Below, piece by piece: positions 24,667-38,744 of a stretch of 64,000 nucleotides of DNA. This stretch comes from Felis catus (lineage: Eukaryota). The translations under genes and the position numbers were made by a program. The stretch covers positions 163,062,001 through 163,126,000 of the forward strand of contig NC_058368.1 in the NCBI RefSeq assembly GCF_018350175.1, in the 5' to 3' direction. Each line of letters begins with the position of its first letter. The stretch's first letter is position 1. The notes under the pieces are model-generated. The model did not search any database and was not told the origin of the DNA. It worked only from the letters and a program-made list of their open reading frames with translations.

Positions 24667-25348
24667 CAACAGAATTATATTTTTTAAATGCATAACACAT
24701 CATAAAATGATGTTATATTCAAGCCCACACAGCTAACAAGTAAGTGTCTGAGTGAGAATCAGAGATGCTAGGCTTTTTAATTTTTATTTCCTTTAGATCT
24801 GGGGCTCTTTTTACTCTTCCTTATTAATTAATAGCAATAAAATAATTAGCAATATGATCATGAATTTTATTTTATTTTACTTATTTATTTTTCTGTATCT
24901 CATCTATTTATTCATTCAGTACTCTTCCAATGGCAAATAGGTTTTAAACAGTCTCCACTTTGGGGGAAGAAGAATGCAAGCTGGCCCTACAGCAGCCTAC
25001 TTTACTTTTTGTTGAGTGATATTTTCTCTGTTTTATTTTTAAAAAGTATCCATTTATTCTTCTGGTAACTTTTACCCTAACTCTGTTAAATTTCTAATGA
25101 ATTTTCAAATGTAATAATTAGTTAATAAAATGTAATAATATACAATGAAATTAAAAATTAAGTTCTTATAAATATATCATAGTTGAATATAATTTAGAAA
25201 ACTAACACTTACAAAATGTCTTTAATAATTTCCAGGTTTTTAACTAAATTTCATTGAAAGTTTCTCTTTCATTTATGCAGGACTCAGTTCTGGGGATATC
25301 ACTTAGTGTTTTATCTATTTCTTGGGCTGACTTTCATTGCCAATAATC

Positions 25349-25660
25349 TTTTTTTCAAGTTTTTATTTAAATTCTAGTTAGTTAACATATAGTGTAATAT
25401 TGGTTTTAGGAACAGAATTTAGTGATTCATCACTTACACATAATACCCAGTGCTCATCACAAGTGCTCTCCTTAATACCATCACCCATTTAGCCCATTCC
25501 CCACCCACCTTCCTTACAGCAACCCTCAGTTTGTTCTCTATAGTTAAGAGTCTCTTATGATTTGCCTCCCTCTCTCTTTTTCCCTTTCCTCTATATTCAT
25601 CTGTTTTTTTTTATTAAATTCCAGATATGAGTGAAATCATATAGTATTTGTCTTTCTCTG
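25349..25660 (-). mobile_element. 5'-truncated carnivore L1 3' UTR
   Basis: Poly-T then CAAGTTTTTATTTAAATTC...CCCAGTGCTCATCACAAG...GAGTGAAATCATATAGTATTTGTCTTTCTCTG. Same type as the element at 5154. Confidence 0.9.
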
Positions 25661-25799
25661 AAGACAAATTTCTCATGAATTTTAATCACCCCTTATGACA
25701 TCTTGAATTCTAAGAACAGTTTCTGAAATGTTATACAGTTAAAAGATAAAGTTATTGGCCTAATCTGCCTATTTATGATATTAAACCATTGCAAATACC

Positions 25800-26120
25800 A
25801 GCAGAAGAATCAGTGATTGACAAAAAATCAAGATAAGGATACTATAAGAAACAAAAGATAATCTCCTTTATATAAAGATGGATACAGAAACATTAGCAAA
25901 CTGACATAAAAAAAAATATTTTTGACTAAATTAGGTCTATTCCATGAATGCAAGGATGGTTTGAATTAGAAAACCTAGTATTGCAATTGAACATATCAGC
26001 ATATTGAAGAAGAAAAACCATATGGTCATGTCAATAGTTAGAAATATTTTTCTAAATTCAACACCTGATTATAATAAAATTTTGAGCAAATTTGAAATGA
26101 AACAGAGTTAATGATAGGGG
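25800..26120 (+). mobile_element. Ancient L1 ORF2 reverse-transcriptase-region relic
   Basis: ATGCAAGGATGGTTT (MQGWF), AAAAACCATATGGTCATGTCAATA (KNHMVMSI) and AAATTCAACACC resemble the L1 RT motif MQGWFN...KNHMIISIDAEKAFDKIQHP. Confidence 0.7.
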
Positions 26121-26959
26121 TTTAATCCTAGAAACCTGGCGAAGTAAATTATTACATGGTATCATGTAGCACTCTGTGAGGCTACACAGTCAAGACAGCT
26201 CTTCTGCCCATTATAAGTCAGTTTTCAACCCCCCAGAGCTTCAGTTTGACATGAATGGATGTGAGGGCCAGGTTCTCCTCACTTCTTTTCCTCTTCTTTT
26301 TGTCCTCACAGTCATTCAACTACATGATTCCTTGTTGCTATTGAAATCATATTGTGTGTATATGTATGTGTATATATACATATACATATATATAGTCATA
26401 CTGAATACTCTTATACTCTTGATGGGTCAGGGTCACAAATTATTTTTATTACTGCCTACTCATTATTTTGATAATAACAACAAATCATATAGTTTAATAT
26501 TTACTTTTGCCTTCTGACTAATAAATTCCAACATAAAGACATCAAAAATTTCAGAAATATAATCCTCTACAAGGAGAAAGGAAAAAAAAACATCTTTTTA
26601 TAGTTATAGGATCATAACCCTAATTGCTAAGAAAACTTAATAAATTATATGATAGGGTTTATTTAATACAGGAGATGAAACAATCTTATGCTAATTTGGT
26701 CATTTGGGGGAGTTTTTATGTTGCCATGTGATATAATTATGATGACAGATAATGGCAATGTATTATTTCTGTAGGTGTTTTATATATGTAAGTTTATGAA
26801 AATACCATCTCACATAGGAGACAGTGTTGCATGCAGAGACCAGGCAAATACAAGGTTAGGAATAGAAATGCAAGCATTGTGTTTGCAGAACAATAAATAA
26901 AATATTTTGGCTGGAGCAAGGTGTTTGTGTATGGAAAAATCAAGAAGTAAATAAGGTCA

Positions 26960-27336
26960 TGTTATGGACTGAATGTTTGGGTCCCCCCAAAATTTATATG
27001 TTGACATCCTAACCCCCAAGGTGGTGGTATTAGGAAATGGTCCCTTGGGAGATGATTATATCATGAGCATGGAGCCCTCATGAATGGAATGAATGCCCTT
27101 ATAAAAAGATACCAAGAGAGCGTTCCCTCTTTCTCTCACCACCCCCCAACCCCCTGTGTAAGGATATAAGGAAAATGGGAACACAGCCATTTGCAAATCA
27201 GGAAGACAGTTCTCAACAGACACAGGATCTACCAGTACTTTGGTCTTGGACTTCCCAGCCTCCAGAACCATGAGAAGTAATGTAAGGTGTTTAACCCAGT
27301 CTGTTGTATTTGTTATAGCAGCCCAACTGAACCTCA
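26960..27336 (+). mobile_element. MaLR solo LTR (MLT1A-like)
   Basis: TGTTATGGACTGAATGTTT..GTCCCCCCAAAATT...TGGACTTCCCAGCCTCCAGAAC...TTTGTTATAGCAGCCCAA. Confidence 0.85.
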
Positions 27337-27644
27337 GGTTCAAGAGGATCTTGCAAATGTGGAGCTAAAAGAAAACACTTTGGAAACTTTCCAAAGAAAT
27401 GAAAATGTTACAATAAATGTATTTTTAGCTGTTTTGTTATGCCTTTTTCCAGCAAAGACAGTCCCTGTGGAGCAGTATGAAGAAGTTCTGCTTCTGTCTC
27501 CTACCAAAAGTTCCCCTATTCTGAGACTCCCTAAACCCAGGCAAAATAATTCTGTCATTCAAAAACTGGAAGCTAACAGAAGGGTCTATAAGGGTGTGGG
27601 TGGACAGAGCTCAGGGGGATTCCCTAAAACAACTGTAGCTGAAA

Positions 27645-27767
27645 GAAGGGAGTCATGTGGGGGCCACAAAACCAGGTTTATTCCTATTGTCCTGATTCTT
27701 TATTCCTAGTGCTCCCTTCCTCTGTCAAAAATGTCCCCATTTGGACAATAAATTATATGGTTGTCCT
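27645..27767 (-). mobile_element. MER94-like (hAT-Blackjack) relic
   Basis: Reverse complement AGGACAACCATATAATTTATTGTCCAAATGGGGACATTTTTGA matches the MER94 terminus as I recall it. Confidence 0.65.
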
Positions 27768-28224
27768 ATTTTTCGGCTGCCCACAAAGCACCTGTGGCTA
27801 ACTAAGCCCTTGGGCAAGGAAACAATAGGAAAGCCAGTTCAGACTGAATTGTCTTAAGTAGAAAGACATCCAGAGTACCCTCTAAACTGCATTGTAGATA
27901 TCTTTTCTTAAAAAGGATTGTATGAAGACAGGGCAGGAGCAATAATCCATAAAAGTATTAATTAAACTTAATGCAAAAAAATGTAAGACAAGGACTCCAA
28001 AAATATCCTTGGCATGATTTTTAAATTTTTTATTTATGACCTCCCAAAGTACTATACAGAAAATTTGGGGAGATAAATTAAATGGAATAGCAACTCACAT
28101 TTGGGGAATTTTTCATGTGACAGGCACCGCACTAAGCAACAATCGCCTCATATGTAGACCCACCAGTTACAGAGGATCAGGCCTAGTATTGTCCAGGCAA
28201 ATAATAGAAATAGGTTTACCACTG

Positions 28225-28640
28225 TTTTCAGTTAGGAGAGCTTTCAGCTACCAGTAACAGAAACCCCACATGACAGTGGCTTAAATAAATTAGGGTTATT
28301 TTTCCACAACCCAAACACCTACAGTTATGTTGTTCTGGCGTTATTACTGCTACTCAAAAACATTGTCAGCCATCCAGGTCCTCCTGCCTCTTGGCTGTCT
28401 ATCTTAATTGGGTTGGTCTCCATTATGACCTCAAGATGGCCACTATAGTTTCAGATCATGCTGTGTTCAATGTAGGAAGAAAAAGGAAAGTCGTTTGTAC
28501 CAAGTTTATTTAACCCTTCCAGAAACAAAATTTAAAATACACCTTTTTGGCCACCTCTCACCAAAATGAGTATGTGGTTTTCTAGCCTTTGGGAGATTCC
28601 CAGTAAAGATGGAGGTTGGGAATGTATGTGGGGTTAGCAA
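28225..28640. mobile_element. Old MaLR LTR (MLT1K/L-like)
   Basis: TCAGTTAGGAGAGCTTTCAGCTACCAGTAACAGAAACCC...AGTGGCTTAAA...CAAGATGGCC. Confidence 0.55.
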
Positions 28641-29862
28641 ACCAAACATGTGCCGTGGGAACCAAGATGTAACTTGGGATCTACCACTTGGTATGAACTC
28701 TATCCTTTCCCTCTATGCTAAATGTGGGAAAGTAGGGAATGAGGAAGAAATCTGCATTCTCCATATTCTTAGAGACATGGCTTTTTGTCCTTATTGCTAC
28801 GCAATGTCTCTGGTCATGGAAATAGTCAGGAAATCTTTGACTGTTATCCGCAGCTCTGGAGTGATGAAAATAATTTTCCTTTCTCCTTTCCCTTCCTCTC
28901 TCACCAATCTGAAAAGCTTTGGAGCTTAATATCATTATTAATTAAAAGCATTATTAATATATCAATATGTGCATGGGGGAAAGCGTAGAAGAATATGTGT
29001 ATGCTATCGATGGTTGTTGTGGGGGATGACCAGGGATCCTTCCATCTGCATATACATGTATCACTTGAATTTTTTTAATACAAGCATGTATTACACTTGT
29101 GACCTGTAAAAGCAATGAAGATATAAATAGACATTTATTAAATTTCTCACTAGCTTTTCATGCTTTGGGCAGAACAAATCCAGTTCGTTTCATCTTTCTG
29201 AAGGTTTTATGTTCTAACCAACATTGTGGTTCATTCTCAAACCTCGAAAAAGTTCTTCAGATATTCTGTAGTAGTGAAAACGTTTGTATGACTTAATCCA
29301 CTCAAGGCAGATTACTAAAGTGTTAAAACACTCATAAGCCTTCCTAACTCTTGTAAATAAAACTAAATGGCTTGCCCCTTAAGGAAATGTCCAGGTATGT
29401 GCTTGCCTTCCAGCTGTCAGGTTACCACAGCTGTTGCTTTGTGAAAAGCAACTTTATCAGGCTTCAGTACAAAGTTGGTATCTTCCAGAGAGAAATATCC
29501 TAAATTCTGTGCATCAAGCTGGACATAAGCCTTTTGATTGATAAGGCTGGTAATTTTTCCTAGAACTTTTCATTTCAGTGAATTACATAATAGTATGTCC
29601 ACTAGGCTTGTTTTAATATGATAGAAGAAAATGTAAATTTGGCCTAATTTTTTCTTCCTAGAGACATGCTGTGGCAGGCTCACAAAGTCACAGGTTGCCT
29701 AAAAGGTGAGGGTAAGGAAGAAGAATGCTATCTACCACAAAACTGAGTTGTGGCTTCTGTCTTCAGCTATAAATTCACAAGGTTCACAAGGTCTTGGCCA
29801 AAAACCATGCCATGGTTTTGCTCAAGAGGGTGCTCTTAAATTCATTAGAAGATTCTTTTCCT

Positions 29863-30080
29863 GGGGCACCTGGGTGTCTCAGTCAGTTAAGCGTCTAACC
29901 AACTTTGGCTCAGGTCATGATCTCGCCGTTCATGAGTTCAGGCCCCACGTAGGGCTCTGTGTTGACCACTCAGAGCCTGGAACCTGCTTCAGATTCTGTG
30001 TCTCCCTCTCTCTCTGCCTCTTCCCTGCGCATACTCTTTCTCTCTCAAAAATAAACAAACATGAAAAAAATTTTTAAAAA
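29863..30080 (+). mobile_element. CAN-SINE
   Basis: Full length. TSD AAGATTCTTT(T/C)CCT at 29849-29862 and 30081-30094. Confidence 0.95.
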
Positions 30081-30669
30081 AAGATTCTTTCCCTTTACTA
30101 CCCATACTAGGATGACCCTAAGGTTTATAGTTTGTATGCCTAGGTCGAAGATGGATGACTCTTCATTCACTGATATGGAAAATATAGGAAGAAAGAAATA
30201 TTGATGGTGGGGGGTGGGCAATCTCCCCCACTTGCCAAGTAAAAGAAGTTAAACAAGTTCCATCTTGAATGCTCGTTTTATTCTGTAGAGAGATAATACT
30301 TTCCTGTCTTTGATAGATAATACTTGTCTTGTGATACTCTGCGGTAAATTTTTTGTCTTTTTTCCCTAATATTTGACAAGTTATCTTTATGACACCCATT
30401 TAAACTATGTAGATGAAAGTGTTGTAATAACCTATTTCTTGTAATTTTAACTATCCTAAAGTAGTTGGAAAATAGTAATTAACACGAAAAAAGTTTTCTG
30501 AGTGTCCAAAATGGATACTCCAATTTCTACAATCAATGTAGAAACACCAAAGCCCATGAGTTTCCTCTGGTCAGGATGTTTGTCTTCACTCACAGGCTAT
30601 TTGTTCTGGCTTGCCACCCAGTTCTAATGATCTTGATTAGTAGTGATGACTATGATTTAGAAGATAATG

Positions 30670-30850
30670 ATGATGGATAGCCTCGGCACTGGCATAGGAA
30701 CATTACATTATTTATAATTATGTCTATAACCATTTTAACTCTCCTAGGGGTAGACATTATTTACCCTCATTTTATAGACAGCAAACCGAGAGAGAGAGGT
30801 TAAGTAACCCACCCAAGCTAGTAGAAGGAAAGCTAGGCTCCAAAGAGCTA
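30670..30850 (-). mobile_element. MIR
   Basis: CCCTCATTTTATAGACAGCAAACCGAG..GAGAGGTTAAGTAACCCACCCAAG. Confidence 0.65.
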
Positions 30851-30899
30851 TCTCTACATATCATACAGTCTTCCTGAACAAGATTATTATTGATCTTCC

Positions 30900-31420
30900 T
30901 CAGTGTTGCATCTTTGGCCTTCTGCTTTTCTCATGAAAAATTTACTCATAAAATAAGTGACCTCATCCAAATTTATGGAGGCAACCATCATCAGAAGCTA
31001 ATGACTCCTAGAATTACCTTCCTTCCAGTTCAAACTTATTTCCTGCGTTCTAGATCTGTATATCTTACTGCCTCTAGGACATCCTTATTTCAATGTCCAA
31101 CAGTTACTTCTAATTTAACATATCCTAAATTAATACTTCATTTCCTCTATCCCCTCCCCATATCTGTTCTTTCTCCTCTTGCCCTTCTCCTCCTAATGAG
31201 CCATATCATATACCTAGTTGCCCAAGCCAGAAGGTATTCTTGATATTTTCTTCTCCTTCAATCCTCACATCCAATTAAAAATTGAATCCTATTGATTCTA
31301 TCTTTTTAATTGTACTTGAGCCCTTAAATCACATTCTCTCCTCTCCACCTCCACTGCCAGCACCTTAGTAACCTTTCTATAATATTTTCCCTAGTTTACT
31401 ATAACAGACTCCAAAATTCT
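30900..31420 (+). mobile_element. L2 relic
   Basis: Pyrimidine-rich L2-like sequence, e.g. CTAATTTAACATATCCTAAA...CTAGTTGCCCAAGCCAGAA...CCACTGCCAGCACCTTAGT. Confidence 0.55.
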
Positions 31421-34400
31421 AATGCCACTCCAGACTTATCCTGTACTTTACAAAAACTCATAAACCCTGAAAAGCAAAACCCTGAAAGCAAATTGAGACA
31501 AGTAAATTTTTAAACTTGATTTCTTAAACTGAATATAGTGAACATAACCATACTATTACTAGATGTTTCAGGTTGTGTAAGTGAAATTTTTAAATTCTTT
31601 TCTTTTTTTTAACCTATTATTATTAGACTATATGCATTGTGTACATTGATACTTTGGTCAAGGTATCGATGTTTTATTTCTTACAGCACCTGGTCTCTTA
31701 TCTTACCCCTTAAAAGCCCATGGTATAAATGGCTGCCATAATGACCTTTACTAAAATGTAAATCTGATTCTCTAATGGTCTTGCTTAAGATCTTGCAATG
31801 GCTCCTTACTTCCTCCAAGACAAAAATCCAGAATCTTTACTTGATGTAAAAGAAGCAATCTGAGGCCATTTTCTTGAAAGACAACTGACAATCAGTCCTA
31901 TATATCAGCCCCTTAGGACATTACTAGATTATACTTAAAACAATGACGTAAAATTATACAGTAAAGGTACAGTTCTACTCACCATATTTAATTTTAAAAG
32001 CTATGAAGATTCCATTAGAAGAGATTTCCTGGAAGAATGTTTATATATGAGTGCCTAAATAAATAAAGGCCAGGAAGTTAGGAAATTATGTCACTGTACT
32101 TAACAGATTTTACAAGATGGCAAAACTTACCTGAGAAGTTAAATGAATTATTAAAAAATACAAGGTTAGTCTGGAGTGGCATGAGGTGTTAAATACAGGC
32201 CATAAGGGAAATTAAACATTAAGAAACTTTAGCCAGGCTTACATAATGCAGGAAAAACTGACAAAAATAGGGAATATAAGAAATTAAAAGTCCCCCAGTC
32301 ATTACCTAACTTAGAGGTCACAACTGGAGACCACAGCTCGGATTTTGCTTGAAGGTAGATTTCATCTGGTCTGTACATATTTTAGGAACTTCCAAATTTC
32401 AATATTCTTAGCTCTAAAATGACAGACCAGTGTCATCCCATGAACTGCTATTGGTCAGCAACAACTACAGAAATTGAGCTTCAGCTTTTAGCAACTTTAT
32501 AGCAGTTTGGCAGCCTAATCATATGTCCGTTGAATCCAAAAAGATAGTTTAAAATGCATTATTCTGGTTTATCGCAATCCCTACCATCCCCTATTCCTAT
32601 TTTAAGTCAGACCCAATCCAAGTGCCAGGTCCTGGTGGCACTTTAGGCCTCCTCTCTCATTCATTAGATTCATTCACACATGGGGCAGGAGATCTACAAC
32701 AGTTATGGTGTCTTGTCAAAGTCTCAAGAAACCTCACATATTTACACAATTAGATTAAAGCCAGTCACATTTGCCTGGTGACTTAAAATTTCTAAGCTAC
32801 CCAAAAGACCTACAGCACATCACATGTCTACTCAAAAGCTATTATTAGTACATCATGCTACACTTAGATACACATCACGTGCTACCCTTTTTCAGGTAGA
32901 TGGACTAGAATTCCTGAAGGAGCAAGAGAATATAGAGGGGGCTGGAAGCAAGCTCAAATAGCTGGGAAATGTTGTATACAGCAAGTATAAATTCAAAACC
33001 ATTCTACTTCTCTTTTTTTGGTTTATCCATCCTTCAAACCAATGTGATAATCTGCTTCCAGGTGCCAAGTGTTTGTTCCCCTTTAACAATTGCCTTTACA
33101 ATTTCAACTTACTGAAGCATATCATAGCTCTGAATGCTACAATGCACAGAGCAATACCCTGATTTTCTAGAGCAATTATTTCACCAGAACCCAAAACACA
33201 CCTTGTACTTACCTAGAAGTAAAGCTCTCAGCTTCCCTGATGATTTCCAAGTCTTTTCAAGTGTATTAAATACAAACTTAATCGTTTGACTTTTTTCCCT
33301 CCTCTGTCATCATCATCATTTTTAAAGACCTCTCCCCACACATACTGAATTCATCTCCAGCTTTTTGCAAGTAGTGAGAATGTAAGGTTGATGTTCATGA
33401 CCATCCATATGTTAGTTGGAAGAATAAAACCAAGGCCAAGAGAATGCAAGCATAGCTACAAAGCTAATCCTTCAAGCTTAATTACAGATTTAAATCTGTG
33501 AGTGTTTTGGAGATGGGTTATAAATTTTTATCCCGGACACTGTTATAGAAAACTTGTGTTCTAAATTCAGAATTAAGCCACAAAAGGGTGAGTGTTCACA
33601 CTTAATACCCCTTGATAGGCTAACACATGGTAACATATGAGAAATATTTATTTATTGAATAAAAGTATGAATAAATGAATCAATCAACGAACTTGCTCTG
33701 AGACTCACTTGAAAGATTCCCCATGAGGTGGTTCTTTTCCCAAACCATTCCTCCTCCCCCAAGTGCAGATTCTGAAAGTGCCTGCCTCACTGTACCATGC
33801 CAGATATTTGCTGCCCCTCAACCATCAGTTACTGGAGTACCCATGGTGAAGAACCATAGACTTGCTACAATGAGGGGAAGTAGGATTCCATTATGCCTGG
33901 TGGGGAACCCTGCCTGGAAGCTGACAACTACATGGAATTGACTCACAAGCTTCTGCAAGTAGATACAAAGCTAATGAGACAACATTACTCAACTTTGCCA
34001 AGGCAATGTAGAACAGGGATATGGCTAATTAAAAAAACAAAAAATAAAAATTTTCCACAATTGGGTTAATGTTCTTTATATTCTCCACACAAAGGTCTGC
34101 CTCCAAAGAGCCATTATATAGGGAAAATTAACTTCATTTTCATTGTTCACCATGAAACCCTGAAGTAATTCTAGATTGGGTAAATCTAGGAAGAGTTACC
34201 CAAACTAAAACTGGTCGAATCAATCCTGGCCATCAAAGGAGTAACAGATGTTATGGCCAGGCTGCCCTTACATTTTGCCAGAAAACTAAGTCATGATTTT
34301 AGACAGATTGCAACATTTTATGCAATATTCCAAATGGAGTCATTCTTATCTTAACAACTAACACCACAGAGCTGCTTGGGTGTGGAGGAGATTGTTTGCA

Positions 34401-35990
34401 TCCAGAACAAAGAAATCTGATATAGGCTAGGTATCCTTAAAAACCAGAAATTTTCTGGTGAACTCAAAGAACAGGGGACCACAATGTATTTGGAACTACA
34501 AGTAATTTCTGCAATATGAATATACCTCTGCAGATTGGTACCAAATAACCACAGGGAGGAAGGTAAAACATTTGTTTCCAGCTTGCTGCAAGGTGTTTTT
34601 ATTACAAAGTCACTGGTAAGTGGTGAGATTTTTATTCAATAGCATTGCTTGTAGCCAGCATGGAATGTCTGATGAAGGCAGGAGGCATATTTTCCACTGT
34701 CCTTCATGCTTCATACAGCGTTTATGAAATTCTCTCCTATACAGAATGTTGCCCTGAGCAACAAAGTGATTTTTATGTTTTGGGGCAGCAACAGCCTAGT
34801 GCTACACCCTTCAGCTCTACCCATGGTTGAGGAGCCTTCTATGGAGTGAGATGAGGCATCCAATACTCCTCCTACACCATAGCTGCAGATGCTTAAAATC
34901 TTAAAACTTGTTATTTTGTGAATTACATGTAACTTTCAAAATAATCATGGGTGTTAATCCATGATCTACTGCAGAAACTTCTCAACAGGAAATGGCCTTA
35001 CCATTTATAACTCAGAGTTCCTCAGTTACCAGATTCTTATCTAAAAGTTGGTCTTATTGACTGGAGAAGAGCTCCTGAGAATATTGATTACCAAAGTGGC
35101 TGTCAATCACAAAAAGAGAAGAAAGGGGAGGTTGGACTGCCAAAGCAAAAACAACGTGCCCACCCTGGATTACCTATGGCACTAATGAAGAGAGACATGT
35201 ATCCAGAATCTCCAAACCCCAAATCTTGGCACCGTAGGTGTCTAAGGAGTATGTGCACAGAAGACACCATGCACACACAGAAGACAAGAAAAATTAATTC
35301 TTAATTATCAGCTAAGACTACAGTGTCAAACCTCTGGTTTATCTTATATCTCAGCAAGCCCAGAACTCTGAGGCCTTTTTTTTTTGGCCCTCCGGGTACA
35401 CAGCATGCTCCAAGAGCCAGCTTTACCTTGGTTCTACGAAATCATTCTACAGGTGGTCTCCCAATGCTGGGGAAGGGAAGGTCCCAAGGTGAAGCAGCAC
35501 TAAACCACCTCACTGCACCTGGTGGGAAGGAAGAGACACAAAATGTCCAAAAGAGAGATCATTCAAGAGACACAGATGTAAAGGGGACCTGCAGAAGAGA
35601 GAGCATTTAACTTCTTTTCCTGTCCCTTCTCAGAAAATGAATATGCTTGATTCACATCAGAATTCAAACTCCTTAGGGTTAGTGGAATAAGTGAAGTGGG
35701 GAGTTTTGGTGGGAGGTAGTGAAAGAGGAAAGAATGGAGGCTGGAGCCTACATCTCTAAAGATTAGAGTGTCAGTAAATGCTTTGTATGTTAACTTGGCT
35801 GTAGATAAGTGCATAGGAAACAGGAGGCAGGGCTCAGGTTTACTCTTCTCTTAGTTGTCCTACTAATACAGACTTGAGAGCAAACATTCCACACTTGGCT
35901 ATGCCACTGAACACCACTAGCATATTTTCCTCAATAATTACAATGGACAAGGCAGAACTGGCGTAAAACCGGCTAATCTTAAAGTTTGCT

Positions 35991-36209
35991 GGGGCGCCTG
36001 GGTGGCGCAGTCGGTTAAGCGTCCAACTTCAGCCGGGTCACGATCTCACGGTCCGTGAGTTCGAGCCCTGCGTCGGGCTCTGGGCTGATGGCTCAGAGCC
36101 TGGAGGCTGTTTCCGATTCTGTGTCTCCCTCTCTCTCTGCCCCTTCCCCGTTCATGCTCTGTCTCTCACTGTCCCAAAAATAAATAAACGTTGAAAAAAA
36201 AAGAAAAAA
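35991..36209 (+). mobile_element. Young CAN-SINE (SINEC_Fc-type) with intact Pol III A and B boxes
   Basis: CpG-rich, with TGGCGCAGTCGG and GAGTTCGAGCCC. Perfect TSD AAAGTTTGCT(G) at 35981 and 36210. Target site TT/AAAG. Confidence 0.97.
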
Positions 36210-38744
36210 AAAGTTTGCTGAATGAATCCATCAGTTAACTAATGCAGCCATGCCCAAATAACTCTAAGCATGGTTTCTTGATTTGTAAAAGGAGAATGAG
36301 TTAAGTTTCTAAAAGTACTTTTTCTTAATTTCTTAGCTCATAAATCCCATGATTTATAAATTGATAATTTATTTTAATAATTTTAAGGGATTGTCATGCT
36401 ATACAGTAAGTAATATGTGGACGGGGCAAGGATGGTGAGGCAAGCAGTAGCTATGTAGGTACCACCCCCCTCCTGAGGCAGTAGCTGCAAATGGGAACAC
36501 TATAATCCTTGAGCTAAGTTACAGATGGTATCAAAACTCCCTAACCTCTTCCACTCCCATTCTCTTAATGAAATAATATGCCTCCCAGTGTCCCACAGAA
36601 GAGTTCTGTGCAGTGTCTGGCATTGAGCTTCGGGTGGAGCCATTTACCCCATTTCAGCTCTTAATAGCTGTGAAAGGATTTGTTCAACCCCGATTGTTGA
36701 TATTTCTCACGACCTGAAAAGATTGGGATGTTCAGATACAAACTGCAAACTCGGACCCCTCCAGCCTAGTAGTCTAAGTTATCCCTTAATGGGAAGAAGA
36801 GACGTTTTTTGTGACGCCAACTGCAACTTAAATCTTCAGAGCTCCTTCATTTTTGTGGCTAACTGTTGTGACCCTGAGAGGTTTTAGCAAGACGTTGAAT
36901 TTGAAATTTTGCACAATAACTTTAACTTCAACCAATTAACACTATTACCCCTTTGCATTCTAACTTCCTCCCCTTTGCACTGTCCTAGGTGTTTGGTGGC
37001 ATCAGAGTAGCCAAGAGCATAATGGGATCCAGCTAAAGGAAATTTGAGATGCACAGTCATTCAACACGGGTTTGGCCTGGCTCCCAGTGACTTCTGTACA
37101 TCCACAGATTTGTGCATTGCTAGTCCTCCTGATGCAGGAAGGGCTTCCAGGAATGACTCGGTGATGAATCATCTGCAGGAAGGTACAGGGACAAAGGCTT
37201 TATTGTGATTTAAGTACATAATTTGTGGAGAAATGAGGTTTGAAAATCCAGAGCCAGACACTAGTCTATGGAAAATTCTTCTAATCATCAGACATATAGA
37301 ATTGTAATAAGGGGAACCAGTTCTCATCTATGACTGATAAAAACTGAATTTTTCTCCTATCAGAAATATAATCAATAATGCAGCCTATACAATTATGCAG
37401 CAACAATTTTGTGGAATGGTCCAAAAAAGAATTTATCAGCATTTCTGAGTTTGTAGGGCATAAACCTGAAGCGGTACTAACAAAAAACAAATATAGCTAT
37501 ATGTAAAGTCATGTTTTATTAATGCCAATGTATTAGATCACATGTTAGTAAATACAATGCATTGTCCTGATAAGACCAGAGGTTCAGATGAAATGACATG
37601 CAAAAAGGCTATGAAGGCAACAAAACACCCTGAGAATACAAAGTGTTTCCATGACCAAACTCCTACACTTACCTATTCAATGTGTTTTATATGAGTAATT
37701 TGATTACAAAATTATGTGGCCCATTACAACATAGCACTAACTCTAGCATACATTTAGCTTGGTATGTGCATTCCATAATTTCAGATCCCTTTTACTATTT
37801 TTTTTTCAGAATTATGGAGCATATCAGAATTTAAATGTATTAAGAAGAAAGTATCCAAGTAAAAGCCAAAATCATAACCAACAACAAAAAAATTTGTTAG
37901 CTGGTTTTTAAAAATGTTTAATTTGTGGCAATTTATCGTTCTAAATAAACATTCCTTTTCATATCTAATTTTCTATTTGTAATTTCCCATTCTTTTTCTT
38001 ATTTTTGGGGCGGTGTCCAATCAAATTAAGTTTCAGGCTGCACAAAACCTGAATCTGACACCGAATTAAACCAGCTGCAAAGGTGTTGGGGTCCCTGGAT
38101 ATGCTGGCTCTACCATGTTGTGTAGAGCATGGCTGACTTTTGGGAAAATGGGCTCAGGCCACCCTTACTTCAGTGCATAGCGCTAAAGCCCTTATCCCAA
38201 TGATGAAATCCTAAAAATTCTGAAAACTTAAAGATATGTTTATTATTTGGCATCAACACTCATTTGGCAACTAAACTTAGCTGGAACTGACATGAGGCTA
38301 TTTATAAATTTAATTGATCTCACTTAGTATGAATATTCATATATTATTGTGGAAATATTAAATATTTGAATTTAAGATGATGCACAAATCCCATGGGAGG
38401 TTTTAGAATTTATTTTTTTTAACTAAATTTTTTTTTTAATTCTGAAATACATGTAGATCTGGCGATCTATTTTTCCCCACAGTTGCCTCCCATGGGCAGG
38501 GACTTACGGAGTCAAGCAATCTGTTGGGGACTGTGATAAAGTTTGGGGAATATGTGATAGTATATGACTGGTGGATTCATGGATATCTAATCCCTGCCCT
38601 GGGTTCCAGAAGATACTGTTCACAAAAGAAAACTGATGGAATGGAGGCAAAATTCCATCTGATTATTGGGGGTTGCTGATGTGGACTTGAAACCTACATT
38701 AGATCTACAATGTTTCTAAGCCCAAAGAAATGATCAGCACACTT

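Noticed and set aside
27287..27709. 140-aa ORF
   Set aside because: It starts in an MLT1 LTR at a GTG and ends in a MER94-like relic, with no recognisable protein.
35991..36075. tRNA gene suggested by A and B boxes
   Set aside because: It is the tRNA-derived head of a CAN-SINE that continues into the SINE body, tail and TSD.
36648..36713. Possible 66-nt minus-strand exon (CTTTTCAG|...GGG|GTAAAT)
   Set aside because: It has stop codons in all three frames and a mediocre donor, so it cannot be supported without RNA data.
37750..38460. Possible ancient DNA-transposon relics; also near 31430-31720, 32320-32650 and 40250-40390
   Set aside because: They are too decayed to assign without a profile search.
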